64,000 bases of DNA from Escherichia coli O127:H6 str. E2348/69 (GTDB lineage Bacteria; Pseudomonadota; Gammaproteobacteria; Enterobacterales; Enterobacteriaceae). Where the stretch lies: the NCBI RefSeq assembly GCF_000026545.1, contig NC_011601.1, one strand, 5' to 3'. This document shows positions 13,828 through 31,896 of the stretch, piece after piece. Made by a program: the position numbers and the translations under genes. Positions within the stretch are counted from its first letter, which is position 1. The number at the start of each line of letters is the position of its first letter. Under the pieces are notes generated by a model. The model searched no databases. It was not told where the DNA came from and saw only the letters and a program-made list of their open reading frames with translations.

Positions 13828-16149
13828 ATGAAAAAATTAACCATTGGCTTAATTGGTAATCCAAATTCTGGCAAGACAACGTTATTTAACCAGCTCACTG
13901 GCTCACGTCAGCGTGTAGGTAACTGGGCTGGCGTTACCGTCGAACGTAAAGAAGGGCAATTCTCCACCACCGATCATCAGGTCACGCTGGTGGACCTGCC
14001 CGGCACCTATTCTCTGACCACCATCTCATCGCAGACCTCGCTCGATGAGCAAATCGCCTGTCACTACATTTTGAGTGGCGACGCAGACCTGCTGATTAAC
14101 GTGGTGGATGCGTCTAACCTTGAGCGTAACCTGTACCTGACGCTGCAACTGTTGGAACTCGGCATTCCATGCATCGTGGCGCTGAACATGCTCGACATTG
14201 CCGAGAAGCAAAATATTCGCATTGAAATTGATGCGCTGTCGGCGCGTCTTGGCTGCCCGGTGATCCCGCTGGTTTCAACCCGTGGTCGCGGTATTGAAGC
14301 GCTCAAGCTGGCGATTGATCGCTATAAAGCTAACGAGAATGTGGAACTGGTGCATTACGCTCAGCCGCTGCTCAACGAAGCAGATTCACTGGCAAAAGTG
14401 ATGCGTTCCGACATCTCGCTGAAACAACGTCGCTGGCTGGGCCTGCAAATGCTGGAAGGCGATATCTACAGCCGCGCCTACGCCGGTGAAGCGTCGCAGC
14501 ATCTGGATGCCGCCCTCGCCCGTCTGCGTAATGAGATGGACGATCCGGCGCTGCACATTGCCGATGCTCGTTACCAGTGCATTGCCGCCATCTGTGATGT
14601 GGTAAGCAACACCCTGACGGCAGAACCCAGCCGTTTCACCACTGCGATAGATAAAATCGTGCTCAACCGTTTCCTCGGTCTGCCGATTTTCCTCTTTGTG
14701 ATGTACCTGATGTTCTTGCTGGCTATCAACATCGGCGGGGCGTTACAGCCGCTGTTTGACGTCGGCTCCGTAGCACTCTTTGTGCATGGTATTCAGTGGA
14801 TTGGCTACACGCTCCACTTCCCGGACTGGCTGACTATCTTCCTCGCCCAAGGCCTGGGCGGCGGTATTAACACCGTGCTGCCACTGGTGCCGCAGATCGG
14901 CATGATGTACCTGTTCCTCTCCTTCCTTGAGGACTCCGGCTATATGGCGCGTGCGGCGTTTGTGATGGACCGTCTGATGCAGGCGCTGGGCTTGCCGGGG
15001 AAATCCTTTGTACCGCTGATCGTTGGTTTCGGTTGTAACGTACCGTCGGTAATGGGCGCACGTACGCTTGATGCACCGCGTGAACGTCTGATGACCATCA
15101 TGATGGCACCGTTTATGTCCTGCGGCGCGCGTCTGGCTATCTTCGCAGTATTTGCGGCTGCCTTCTTCGGGCAGAACGGTGCGCTGGCGGTCTTCTCGCT
15201 GTATATGCTCGGTATTGTGATGGCGGTGCTGACTGGCCTGATGCTCAAGTACACCATCATGCGCGGTGAAGCGACGCCGTTTGTCATGGAGCTGCCGGTC
15301 TACCATGTACCACACGTTAAAAGCCTGATTATCCAGACCTGGCAGCGTCTGAAAGGCTTCGTTCTGCGTGCTGGTAAAGTGATTATCATCGTCAGCATTT
15401 TCCTGAGTGCTTTCAACAGCTTCTCTCTGAGCGGGAAAATCGTCGATAACATCAACGACTCGGCGCTGGCGTCCGTCAGCCGGGTGATCACCCCGGTCTT
15501 CAAGCCAATTGGCGTGCATGAAGATAACTGGCAGGCAACGGTTGGCCTGTTTACAGGTGCCATGGCGAAAGAAGTGGTAGTGGGTACGCTCAACACCCTC
15601 TACACCGCAGAAAATATTCAGGACGAAGAGTTCAATCCGGCAGAGTTTAACCTCGGTGAAGAGCTGTTCAGTGCGATAGATGAAACCTGGCAGAGCCTGA
15701 AAGACACCTTCAGCCTTAGCGTACTGATGAACCCCATTGAAGCCAGCAAAGGCGACGGCGAAATGGGTACCGGGGCGATGGGCGTGATGGATCAGAAATT
15801 CGGTAGCGCAGCAGCAGCTTACAGCTACCTGATTTTCGTCCTGCTGTATGTACCATGTATCTCGGTGATGGGAGCCATCGCCCGTGAATCAAGCCGTGGC
15901 TGGATGGGCTTCTCCATCCTGTGGGGGCTGAATATCGCTTACTCGCTGGCAACATTGTTCTATCAGGTCGCCAGCTACAGTCAGCACCCAACTTACAGCC
16001 TGGTGTGCATTCTGGCGGTTATCCTGTTTAACATCGTGGTTATCGGTCTGCTGCGCCGCGCGCGTAGCCGGGTGGATATCGAACTGCTGGCAACCCGCAA
16101 GTCGGTAAGCAGTTGCTGCGCAGCCAGCACCACCGGTGATTGCCATTAA
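13828..16149 (+). CDS. feoB: Ferrous iron transporter FeoB (N-terminal GTPase plus polytopic permease)
   Basis: 773 aa from [21 protein letters not shown] (G1 motif). Confidence 0.95.
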   Translation: MKKLTIGLIGNPNSGKTTLFNQLTGSRQRVGNWAGVTVERKEGQFSTTDHQVTLVDLPGTYSLTTISSQTSLDEQIACHYILSGDADLLINVVDASNLERNLYLTLQLLELGIPCIVALNMLDIAEKQNIRIEIDALSARLGCPVIPLVSTRGRGIEALKLAIDRYKANENVELVHYAQPLLNEADSLAKVMRSDISLKQRRWLGLQMLEGDIYSRAYAGEASQHLDAALARLRNEMDDPALHIADARYQCIAAICDVVSNTLTAEPSRFTTAIDKIVLNRFLGLPIFLFVMYLMFLLAINIGGALQPLFDVGSVALFVHGIQWIGYTLHFPDWLTIFLAQGLGGGINTVLPLVPQIGMMYLFLSFLEDSGYMARAAFVMDRLMQALGLPGKSFVPLIVGFGCNVPSVMGARTLDAPRERLMTIMMAPFMSCGARLAIFAVFAAAFFGQNGALAVFSLYMLGIVMAVLTGLMLKYTIMRGEATPFVMELPVYHVPHVKSLIIQTWQRLKGFVLRAGKVIIIVSIFLSAFNSFSLSGKIVDNINDSALASVSRVITPVFKPIGVHEDNWQATVGLFTGAMAKEVVVGTLNTLYTAENIQDEEFNPAEFNLGEELFSAIDETWQSLKDTFSLSVLMNPIEASKGDGEMGTGAMGVMDQKFGSAAAAYSYLIFVLLYVPCISVMGAIARESSRGWMGFSILWGLNIAYSLATLFYQVASYSQHPTYSLVCILAVILFNIVVIGLLRRARSRVDIELLATRKSVSSCCAASTTGDCH

Positions 16150-16385
16150 TGGCTTCACTTATTCAGGTGCGTGATTTGCTGGCGTTACGGAGCCGTATGG
16201 AAGCGGCCCAGATAAGCCAGACATTGAACACTCCGCAGCCAATGATTAACGCCATGCTGCAACAGTTGGAAAGCATGGGCAAAGCCGTGCGGATTCAGGA
16301 AGAACCTGACGGCTGCCTCTCTGGCAGTTGTAAAAGCTGCCCGGAAGGCAAAGCCTGTCTGCGCGAGTGGTGGGCGCTGCGTTAA
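16149..16385 (+). CDS. feoC: FeoC (YhgG) winged-helix iron-sulfur protein
   Basis: 78 aa from [11 protein letters not shown]; Cys cluster [15 protein letters not shown]; start overlaps the feoB stop (TAATG). Confidence 0.9.
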   Translation: MASLIQVRDLLALRSRMEAAQISQTLNTPQPMINAMLQQLESMGKAVRIQEEPDGCLSGSCKSCPEGKACLREWWALR

Positions 16386-16407
16386 CCATACTCCATCGCC
16401 TGTTTTG

Positions 16408-16442
16408 AAAAGCCCGGTATGCGTTTGCATCCGGGCTTTTTT
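16408..16442 (+). terminator. Rho-independent terminator of the feo operon
   Basis: AAAAGCCCGG-TATGCGTTTGCAT-CCGGGC followed by TTTTTT. Confidence 0.8.
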
Positions 16443-16587
16443 GCGTGCGGCTTTCCATAAAAATGCAATTCTTGCAGTACAACGTAAGTTCCTCTGAAAG
16501 CATCTCGCAGGGATGAAAACTCGCTAATGCACAGGTGTGGAGTGGCGCGTAGAGTCACGGCATTCAAACAACAGGTGAAGGAACGCC

Positions 16588-17469
16588 ATGAGCAAAAAGC
16601 AGAGTTCCACCCCACATGATGCACTGTTCAAACTCTTTTTACGCCAACCGGACACGGCACGCGATTTTCTTGCGTTCCATTTACCGGCACCTATTCACGC
16701 GCTCTGTGATATGAAAACCCTCAAGCTGGAGTCGAGCAGCTTTATTGATGATGATCTGCGTGAAAGCTATTCCGACGTGCTGTGGTCGGTGAAAACGGAA
16801 CAAGGACCGGGATATATCTATTGTCTGATTGAACATCAAAGCACCTCAAACAAACTGATCGCATTTCGCATGATGCGTTACGCTATTGCCGCAATGCAAA
16901 ATCACCTGGATGCCGGATACAAAACGTTGCCGATGGTGGTGCCATTGTTGTTTTACCACGGCATTGAAAGCCCCTATCCCTATTCACTGTGTTGGCTGGA
17001 TTGTTTCGCCGATCCCAAACTGGCAAGGCAGCTTTATGCCTCTGCATTTCCGCTGATTGATGTCACTGTCATGCCTGATGATGAAATCATGCAGCACCGG
17101 CGCATGGCGCTGCTGGAGCTAATTCAAAAACATATACGTCAACGCGACCTGATGGGGCTGGTAGAGCAAATGGCCTGCTTATTAAGTAGTGGATACGCTA
17201 ATGACAGACAAATCAAAGGGCTGTTTAATTACATACTACAAACCGGCGATGCGGTACGTTTTAACGATTTTATCGACGGCGTTGCCGAACGTTCACCGAA
17301 ACACAAGGAGAGTTTAATGACTATTGCGGAAAGATTGCGGCAAGAAGGGTTTCAGAAAGGTATACGAGCTATCGCCAAAACCATGCTGGATGCCGGAGTC
17401 CCTCTTGAGGACGTTCTGCGATTTACCAGCCTGACGGTTGAAGACCTTGCTGAAATAAATCATCAATAA
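16588..17469 (+). CDS. rpnA: Rpn-family recombination-promoting nuclease / PD-(D/E)XK transposase_31-like protein (YhgA)
   Basis: 293 aa, [18 protein letters not shown]. In-frame internal ATG at 17317 preceded by SD AAGGAG would give a 50-aa C-terminal product. Confidence 0.88.
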   Translation: MSKKQSSTPHDALFKLFLRQPDTARDFLAFHLPAPIHALCDMKTLKLESSSFIDDDLRESYSDVLWSVKTEQGPGYIYCLIEHQSTSNKLIAFRMMRYAIAAMQNHLDAGYKTLPMVVPLLFYHGIESPYPYSLCWLDCFADPKLARQLYASAFPLIDVTVMPDDEIMQHRRMALLELIQKHIRQRDLMGLVEQMACLLSSGYANDRQIKGLFNYILQTGDAVRFNDFIDGVAERSPKHKESLMTIAERLRQEGFQKGIRAIAKTMLDAGVPLEDVLRFTSLTVEDLAEINHQ

Positions 17470-17486
17470 CGTAAAGGATGGTTTTA

Positions 17487-17660
17487 ATGACAGATGCAGA
17501 AAGAGAATATCTTATTAGTTACCTGATTGGTTATTTATTGGGTCGACGCCTGGAAGCCCTGGATATCGCCAAAAGAATGCTGTAATCCGGAGTCCCTCTT
17601 GCAGACATCATGCGCTTTACCGGGGTGTCAGAAGAAGAGTTGGCTGCGGCGAGCCAGTAA
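17487..17660 (+). other. Degenerate second copy of the Rpn C-terminal tail cassette (SD + ATG + small ORF interrupted by an in-frame TAA)
   Basis: SD AAGGA then ATG 17487: MTDAEREYLISYLIGYLLGRRLEALDIAKRML, TAA 17583-17585, then in frame SGVPLADIMRFTGVSEEELAAASQ, stop 17658-17660. Parallels the RpnA tail ...[32 protein letters not shown]. Confidence 0.6.
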
Positions 17661-17688
17661 AGTTCTGTCTCGCCATTTCAAAAGCCAC

Positions 17689-18477
<789 letters not shown>

Positions 18478-18478
18478 T

Positions 18479-19180
<702 letters not shown>

Positions 19181-19238
19181 AGCCTCGATGATGGGCGTAT
19201 TATAACCAACTAAAATAGTCAACTATTAGGCCATTACT

Positions 19239-19814
19239 ATGATCCGTATTTCCGATGCTGCACAAGCGCACTTTGCCAAACTGCTGGCAAATCAGGAAGA
19301 AGGGACACAAATCCGCGTATTTGTGATTAACCCTGGCACGCCTAACGCTGAATGTGGTGTTTCTTATTGCCCGCCGGACGCTGTGGAAGCCACCGACACC
19401 GCCCTGAAATTTGACCTGCTGACCGCGTATGTTGATGAGTTAAGCGCTCCTTACCTGGAAGATGCAGAGATCGATTTTGTTACCGACCAGTTGGGTTCGC
19501 AGCTGACGCTGAAAGCGCCTAACGCCAAAATGCGTAAAGTGGCTGACGATGCGCCGCTGATGGAGCGCGTGGAGTATATGCTGCAATCACAGATCAACCC
19601 ACAGCTTGCTGGTCACGGTGGTCGCGTTTCGCTGATGGAAATCACCGAAGACGGTTACGCCATTTTGCAATTTGGCGGCGGCTGTAACGGTTGTTCCATG
19701 GTCGATGTAACGCTGAAAGAGGGGATCGAGAAGCAGTTGCTGAACGAATTCCCGGAGCTGAAAGGTGTACGCGATCTCACCGAACACCAACGCGGCGAGC
19801 ACTCTTACTACTAA
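19239..19814 (+). CDS. nfuA: Fe-S cluster carrier NfuA
   Basis: 191 aa, [17 protein letters not shown]-terminal Nfu CxxC (GGGCNGCSM). Confidence 0.93.
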
Positions 19815-19835
19815 GTTCTCTCCTCTTTTGTCGAT

Positions 19836-19876
19836 TGCCCGATGTGACGCTAAAGCGTCTTATCGGGCCTGTACGT
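19836..19876. repeat. REP-like palindromic element downstream of nfuA
   Basis: TTGCCCGATGTGACGCTAAAGCGTCTTATCGGGCCTGTACG; imperfect REP-type palindrome. Confidence 0.5.
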
Positions 19877-20001
19877 TGCACGAGAGTCTGACATTAGCGC
19901 AGAATTACCTCAGCAAATCCAATCTCTTCGTTTCCCCACGATAATATGACCAACCTCTCATAATTTAAATTTACCCCGCTCTGGTGATTCTCAAGCACGT
20001 A

Positions 20002-20018
20002 ATGTTACCCGTATCATT
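20002..20018 (+). promoter_or_regulatory. GntR operator (distal) in the gntT promoter
   Basis: ATGTTACCCGTATCATT matches the GntR operator motif ATGTTACCCGTAACAT. Confidence 0.65.
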
Positions 20019-20140
20019 CCCATGGGCACCAAACACACTCATAACATCTGACTACACTAACTCGTTTTAGGGGTCATCAGCCGTGGTGCCGTAACATCTC
20101 TGTTCCCAGTTGGGACAACCAGGATTTTCCGTCAGAAACC

Positions 20141-20157
20141 TGACGTTACCCATAACA
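20141..20157 (+). promoter_or_regulatory. GntR operator (proximal) in the gntT promoter
   Basis: TGACGTTACCCATAACA, second GntR-type half-palindrome just upstream of the gntT start. Confidence 0.6.
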
Positions 20158-20177
20158 AATTAAAGGCCAGGTAAATC

Positions 20178-21494
20178 ATGCCATTAGTCATTGTTGCTAT
20201 CGGTGTAATCTTGTTATTACTCCTGATGATCCGCTTCAAAATGAACGGTTTCATCGCTCTCGTCCTCGTGGCGCTTGCTGTTGGATTAATGCAAGGAATG
20301 CCGCTGGATAAAGTTATTGGCTCCATCAAAGCCGGTGTCGGCGGAACGCTCGGTAGCCTTGCCCTGATCATGGGTTTTGGCGCAATGCTGGGCAAAATGC
20401 TGGCAGACTGCGGTGGCGCACAACGTATCGCCACCACGCTGATTGCTAAATTTGGTAAAAAACACATCCAGTGGGCGGTGGTACTGACCGGTTTTACCGT
20501 TGGTTTTGCCCTGTTCTATGAAGTGGGTTTCGTGCTGATGCTGCCGCTGGTGTTTACCATCGCGGCTTCCGCGAATATTCCACTGCTGTATGTTGGTGTA
20601 CCAATGGCGGCTGCACTGTCTGTGACCCACGGCTTCCTGCCACCGCATCCGGGTCCGACTGCGATTGCCACCATTTTCAATGCCGATATGGGTAAAACCC
20701 TGCTGTACGGTACTATTCTGGCAATCCCGACCGTTATTCTCGCCGGTCCGGTTTACGCTCGCGTGCTGAAAGGTATCGATAAGCCAATCCCGGAAGGTCT
20801 GTACAGCGCGAAAACCTTCAGCGAAGAAGAGATGCCAAGCTTTGGCGTCAGCGTCTGGACTTCTCTGGTGCCGGTTGTGCTGATGGCGATGCGTGCAATT
20901 GCCGAAATGATCCTGCCGAAAGGTCACGCTTTCCTGCCGGTGGCGGAGTTCCTCGGTGACCCGGTAATGGCAACGCTGATTGCCGTGCTGATTGCTATGT
21001 TCACCTTTGGTCTGAACCGTGGTCGTTCAATGGATCAGATTAACGACACGCTGGTTTCTTCCATCAAAATCATCGCGATGATGCTGTTGATCATCGGTGG
21101 TGGCGGTGCGTTCAAGCAGGTGCTGGTAGACAGCGGCGTGGACAAATACATTGCTTCCATGATGCACGAAACCAACATTTCTCCGCTGCTGATGGCCTGG
21201 TCGATTGCCGCCGTACTGCGTATCGCGCTGGGTTCCGCAACCGTTGCGGCAATCACTGCGGGGGGTATCGCGGCACCACTAATTGCAACGACGGGTGTTA
21301 GCCCGGAACTGATGGTTATTGCGGTTGGTTCCGGTAGTGTGATTTTCTCTCACGTGAACGATCCGGGCTTCTGGCTGTTCAAAGAGTACTTTAACCTGAC
21401 TATCGGCGAGACCATCAAGTCCTGGTCGATGCTGGAAACCATTATCTCGGTGTGCGGTCTGGTAGGCTGTCTGCTGCTGAATATGGTGATTTGA
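20178..21494 (+). CDS. gntT: High-affinity gluconate:H+ symporter GntT
   Basis: 438 aa, MPLVIVAIGVILLLLLMIRFK; GntP family; paralog of gntU in this window. Confidence 0.93.
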   Translation: MPLVIVAIGVILLLLLMIRFKMNGFIALVLVALAVGLMQGMPLDKVIGSIKAGVGGTLGSLALIMGFGAMLGKMLADCGGAQRIATTLIAKFGKKHIQWAVVLTGFTVGFALFYEVGFVLMLPLVFTIAASANIPLLYVGVPMAAALSVTHGFLPPHPGPTAIATIFNADMGKTLLYGTILAIPTVILAGPVYARVLKGIDKPIPEGLYSAKTFSEEEMPSFGVSVWTSLVPVVLMAMRAIAEMILPKGHAFLPVAEFLGDPVMATLIAVLIAMFTFGLNRGRSMDQINDTLVSSIKIIAMMLLIIGGGGAFKQVLVDSGVDKYIASMMHETNISPLLMAWSIAAVLRIALGSATVAAITAGGIAAPLIATTGVSPELMVIAVGSGSVIFSHVNDPGFWLFKEYFNLTIGETIKSWSMLETIISVCGLVGCLLLNMVI

Positions 21495-21505
21495 TAATAC
21501 TGATA

Positions 21506-21596
21506 GCCGGATGCGGCGTGAACGCCTTATCCGGCCTACGATTCGGCATTAATTAGTAGGCCGGATAAGACGCGTCAAGCGTCGCATCCGGCATCA
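21506..21596. repeat. BIME: two inverted REP elements between gntT and malQ
   Basis: GCCGGATGCGGCGTGAACGCCTTATCCGGCCTAC ... GTAGGCCGGATAAGACGCGTCAAGCGTCGCATCCGGC. Confidence 0.85.
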
Positions 21597-21604
21597 ACCG
21601 CACT

Positions 21605-23689
21605 CTACTTCTTCTTCGCTGCCGCTCTGCGCCGTCTGTCCAAATCCTTCAGCAACTTGTTCACGCCATCATCGGCAAACATCGTCTCAAGCGTTGCGGA
21701 AAGCTTGCGTCGCCAGTTTTTGTACTGGTAGCTGGTGCCAGGAATATTTACCGGTTCGGCCATATCCAGCCAGTCTTCTGGCTGAAGCCCTAACAGAGCA
21801 CTGTTACTATCAGCGATATAACGTTGCAAACCACGATTAAGCATCGGCGTCATCGACATTAACGATGCCTTATGCCCCGCACGTTTTGGCAGGCAACCAT
21901 GTTTATGCAGTGCATCCAGCAACCCTTGCTTCGCCAGTTCGCGATCCTGATACAGACCGCGCAATACCACTTCATCCGGGTACAGCCCCAGCGTTTTACC
22001 CAGTGTTAAATCCCCGCTCTCCCAGTAGCCACGCAGTGTAGGCAGGTCGTGTGTCGCCGCAACCGCCATCGACTGCTCCGGATACGCTTTCGGCGCGCGG
22101 AATGTCTTCTCGTGGTCGCTTTCGAAATAGAGCACTTTGTAGGAGTACACACCGCTGCTGCGCAGTTTACCGACAATCTCTACCGGTACAGTGCCGAGGT
22201 CTTCACCAATCACCATGCAGCGATGGCGCTTACTTTCGAGTGCCAGAATCGAGAGCAGATCATCTACCGGATAGTGAACATACGCGCCCTGATCTGCCGT
22301 CTCGCCATACGGTATCCACCACAAACGCAGCATCGACATCACGTGATCAATTCGTAATGCGCCGCAGTTTTGCATATTGGCACGCAACAGCTCGATAAAC
22401 GGTTCATAGGCACGCGCGGTGATGATATGCGGGTCCATTGGCGGCAATCCCCAGTTCTGCCCCAACGGGCCGAGGATATCCGGCGGCGCGCCAACCGACG
22501 CTTTCAGGCAATACAGTTCACGGTCGCACCAGGTTTCTGCCCCACCTTCTGCTACACCAACGGCCAGATCACGATACAAGCCAATCGGCATTTCATAGCC
22601 CTGGCTTATCTCCCAGCAGGCGGCAAACTGGCTGTAAGCCAGCCACTGCAACCAGAGATAAAAATCGACGTCATCACGATGTTCTTCGCAGAACTGGCGC
22701 ACTTCTGGTGAATCCACGTTCTGATACATCTCTGGCCATGCTGGCCAGCCCCAGCGCATTTCGTCCTCTTTCACTTGCTGGGCATGTAGCGCATCAAAGG
22801 CTGCCTGCCAGAACAGGCTGTCGCCCTGCTCTGCAACAAACTGGCGAAACGCGGTCATCTGCTCATCATCACGTTGCGCGAAACCTTTCCACGCCATTCG
22901 TAATGCTGTCATTTTTAGGGTGGTAACCGTGGAGTAATCAACCCAGTCGGCATCCCGCGCCTGTTGCAGCGTCTGTTGCGTGGTCGGCAACTTCCACCAG
23001 GCCAGAGCCTCTTCGCTAAGATGGAAATCTTCAACGGCGTTAACGTCGATATAAATCACATTCAGCCAACGGCGAGAAGACGGGCTATACGGGCTGGCAC
23101 TTTCCGGATTTGCCGGATAGAGCGCATGAATCGGGTTCAGACCGATGAACGACCCGCCACGTTTTGCCACATCCACCAGCATCGCTTTGAGATCGCCAAA
23201 ATCCCCAATACCCCAGTTTTTTTCCGATCGCAGCGTATAAAGCTGAACGCAGGCACCCCACAGCTTTTGTTTGTTCAGCAACGCCTGCGGTTCGTAACAG
23301 CGTTTCGGGGCGACAATCACCCGGCAATGCGCGCGCTGGTCGTCCTGGGTGAGTATCAGCGTGTGATAACCTTCCGGCAGCTTCGTCGGTAGATTGAACG
23401 CTTTGCCCCCCGTTACATGGCCTTTGTACTGCGTTCCTTCTTCGGTGGTCAGCAGCCAGCTATATTCGCCGCTGCCCTCCACCACCATCGGCATTTTTTT
23501 GCCGCTGGTATAAACCATGACATTCGGGACTGGTGTTACCGCCACTTTCGTGGCGGTACGTTGATGCATCGCGTCAAGCAAACGCCGTTTGGTTTCGGCG
23601 CTAATCGACTGCGGTTTACCGTGGGCATTGATGTAATTGGGGCTAATCCCCGCCGCCAGCGCGGCATTATCCAGACGTTTGCTTTCCAT
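21605..23689 (-). CDS. malQ: 4-alpha-glucanotransferase (amylomaltase)
   Basis: 694 aa, MESKRLDNAALAAGISPNYINAHGKPQSI; downstream of malP in an operon. Confidence 0.95.
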   Translation of the reverse strand: MESKRLDNAALAAGISPNYINAHGKPQSISAETKRRLLDAMHQRTATKVAVTPVPNVMVYTSGKKMPMVVEGSGEYSWLLTTEEGTQYKGHVTGGKAFNLPTKLPEGYHTLILTQDDQRAHCRVIVAPKRCYEPQALLNKQKLWGACVQLYTLRSEKNWGIGDFGDLKAMLVDVAKRGGSFIGLNPIHALYPANPESASPYSPSSRRWLNVIYIDVNAVEDFHLSEEALAWWKLPTTQQTLQQARDADWVDYSTVTTLKMTALRMAWKGFAQRDDEQMTAFRQFVAEQGDSLFWQAAFDALHAQQVKEDEMRWGWPAWPEMYQNVDSPEVRQFCEEHRDDVDFYLWLQWLAYSQFAACWEISQGYEMPIGLYRDLAVGVAEGGAETWCDRELYCLKASVGAPPDILGPLGQNWGLPPMDPHIITARAYEPFIELLRANMQNCGALRIDHVMSMLRLWWIPYGETADQGAYVHYPVDDLLSILALESKRHRCMVIGEDLGTVPVEIVGKLRSSGVYSYKVLYFESDHEKTFRAPKAYPEQSMAVAATHDLPTLRGYWESGDLTLGKTLGLYPDEVVLRGLYQDRELAKQGLLDALHKHGCLPKRAGHKASLMSMTPMLNRGLQRYIADSNSALLGLQPEDWLDMAEPVNIPGTSYQYKNWRRKLSATLETMFADDGVNKLLKDLDRRRRAAAKKK

Positions 23690-23698
23690 CGAGCTTCC

Positions 23699-26116
<2,418 letters not shown>

Positions 26117-26159
26117 TCAACACAACGTTATCGCTAGTTTGCCAGGCTCGATGTTGACC

Positions 26160-26206
26160 TTCCTCATCCTGCGGGGGATTAGGCAGGGAGGAGTTGCGGG
26201 GATGAG
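26160..26206 (-). promoter_or_regulatory. MalT boxes of the malPQ promoter
   Basis: CCTCATCC (reverse GGATGAGG) at 26162-26169 and GGGGATGAG at 26197-26205 match the MalT box GGGGA(T/G)GAGG; upstream of malP on the minus strand. Confidence 0.65.
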
Positions 26207-26707
26207 CAAGGAAATGTGATCTCGACCACTTAAAGCTAGTGCAAACCACAGGATTAGCAGCAAATCAATGCTATACAGCGCAGAAAATCTGTATCTAAGT
26301 GCAAAAAATGGCCGTTGCGTATTTTCAAAAAGCGGAAGGTAACTCTATAAATTAAGTAAAGGGGTGAAACAGTTTCATAAGTAAAATATCAAGTGTGCTC
26401 CATCTCATTCTTAATAGATTTATTAAGATCATCTTTTTAGATGGCACTTTCATCAGAAATGAAGAAGAAACCCTTGCTTAAATGAAACTGATGAACATAA
26501 GGAAAATACCGTACAACCCAGTATTCACGCTGGATCAGCGTCGTTTTAGGTGAGTTGTTAATAAACATTTGGAATTGTGACACAGTGCAAATTCAGACAC
26601 ATAAAAAAACGTCATCGCTTGCATTAGAAAGGTTTCTGGCCGACCTTATAACCATTAATTACGAAGCGCAAAAAAATAATATTTCCTCATTTTCCACAGT
26701 GAAGTGA

Positions 26708-29419
<2,712 letters not shown>

Positions 29420-29421
29420 GT

Positions 29422-29452
29422 TTAGCCGGATAATGCATTGGATCCGGCTTAC
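29422..29452 (+). terminator. Hairpin terminator after malT
   Basis: AGCCGGAT-AATGCATTGG-ATCCGGCT followed by a T-rich tract. Confidence 0.55.
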
Positions 29453-29461
29453 ATCTTTATA

Positions 29462-30481
<1,020 letters not shown>

Positions 30482-31708
30482 TTATCCTTTTACGCACACC
30501 ACCTGACGCAGGGTATAGATAACTTCCACCAGATCGCTTTGTGCCGCCATCACCGCATCAATATCTTTATACGCCATCGGGATTTCGTCGATCACTTCGG
30601 CATCTTTACGGCATTCCACATGCGCGGTGGCACGAATTTGATCTTCCACGCTGAACAGTTTTTTCGCTTTAGTACGGCTCATTACCCGCCCGGCACCGTG
30701 GCTGCACGAACAGAACGACTCTTCATTTCCCAGCCCACGGACAATAAAGCTTTTCGCCCCCATCGAACCGGGAATAATTCCATATTGACCAGCACGCGCA
30801 GACACCGCGCCTTTACGCGTCACATAGATCTCTTCGCTAAAGTGCTGTTCTTTTTGCACATAGTTGTGGTGACAGTTGATCTCTTCCATCGCCAGCGTTT
30901 GTGGCTGTCTTACCGTTTTCTGCGTAACGCTCTGCAACGCCGTTACCACGTTTTCCATCATCGCATCGCGGTTAAGGCTGGCAAAAAGCTGCGCCCAGGC
31001 CACCGCTTTCAGGTAATCGTCAAAATATTCCGTACCTTCCATAAAGTACGCCAGGTCACGCGATGGCAACGTTTCAAGTGTTTCCTGCATCTCTTTTTGC
31101 GCCAGATCGATAAAGTAAGTCCCGATGGCATTACCAATTCCGCGTGAACCGGAGTGCAGCATAATCCACACCTGATCCGACTCATCAAGGCAAATTTCAA
31201 TAAAGTGGTTACCCGTTCCCAGCGTTCCCAGGTGTTTATAGTTATTGGTATTAAGGAAACGCGGATATTTTTGCGTTAACCACTGATAACCGGCTTCAAG
31301 CTCAGCCCATTTCGCATCGACGTTAACAGGCGGTTTTTCCCATGCGCCTTTATCACGTTTACAACGGCCTGTGGTACGCCCATGCGGCACGGCAGCTTCA
31401 ATCGCCTGACGCAGCTCCGCCAGGTTTTCAGGCAGGTCAGCCGCCGTTAACGCGGTACGCAGCGCGTTCATTCCACAACCGATATCTACCCCCACCGCCG
31501 CCGGAATAATCGCTCCTTTGGTTGGGATCACGCTACCAATGGTGGAACCTTTACCCAGATGTACATCAGGCATTACCGCAATATGTTTGAAAATAAACGG
31601 CATCTTCGCCGTATTTATCAGTTGCTGACGCGCATCGTCTTCTACCGGTACGCCTTTGGTCCACATTTTTACCGGGACATTTTCAGTGGTCAGTAATTCG
31701 TAATTCAT
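30482..31708 (-). CDS. rtcB: RNA-splicing ligase RtcB
   Basis: 408 aa, MNYELLTTENVPVKMWTKGVPVE; conserved His/Cys metal ligands. Confidence 0.93.
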   Translation of the reverse strand: MNYELLTTENVPVKMWTKGVPVEDDARQQLINTAKMPFIFKHIAVMPDVHLGKGSTIGSVIPTKGAIIPAAVGVDIGCGMNALRTALTAADLPENLAELRQAIEAAVPHGRTTGRCKRDKGAWEKPPVNVDAKWAELEAGYQWLTQKYPRFLNTNNYKHLGTLGTGNHFIEICLDESDQVWIMLHSGSRGIGNAIGTYFIDLAQKEMQETLETLPSRDLAYFMEGTEYFDDYLKAVAWAQLFASLNRDAMMENVVTALQSVTQKTVRQPQTLAMEEINCHHNYVQKEQHFSEEIYVTRKGAVSARAGQYGIIPGSMGAKSFIVRGLGNEESFCSCSHGAGRVMSRTKAKKLFSVEDQIRATAHVECRKDAEVIDEIPMAYKDIDAVMAAQSDLVEVIYTLRQVVCVKG

Positions 31709-31745
31709 TTTATTTTTCTCTTTTCGTTGTTTGCTGTCCAGATAA

Positions 31746-31763
31746 TTGCAACCGTCGTGCCAG
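31746..31763 (-). promoter_or_regulatory. Sigma-54 (-24/-12) promoter of rtcBA
   Basis: Minus strand reads CTGGCACGACGGTTGCAA = TGGCAC-N5-TTGCA, the RpoN consensus, about 40 nt upstream of the rtcB start. Confidence 0.85.
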
Positions 31764-31896
31764 AAAATTAAATGAGTAGATTAATTTTTTAATTCATTGT
31801 TTTTAAATAGATAAAATCTTTACGTCCGTAAACGGAGATTTCCCACAAAGCCAATTTTCCGATAATGAAATATCGTCTTTTATAAGGATATCTAAG

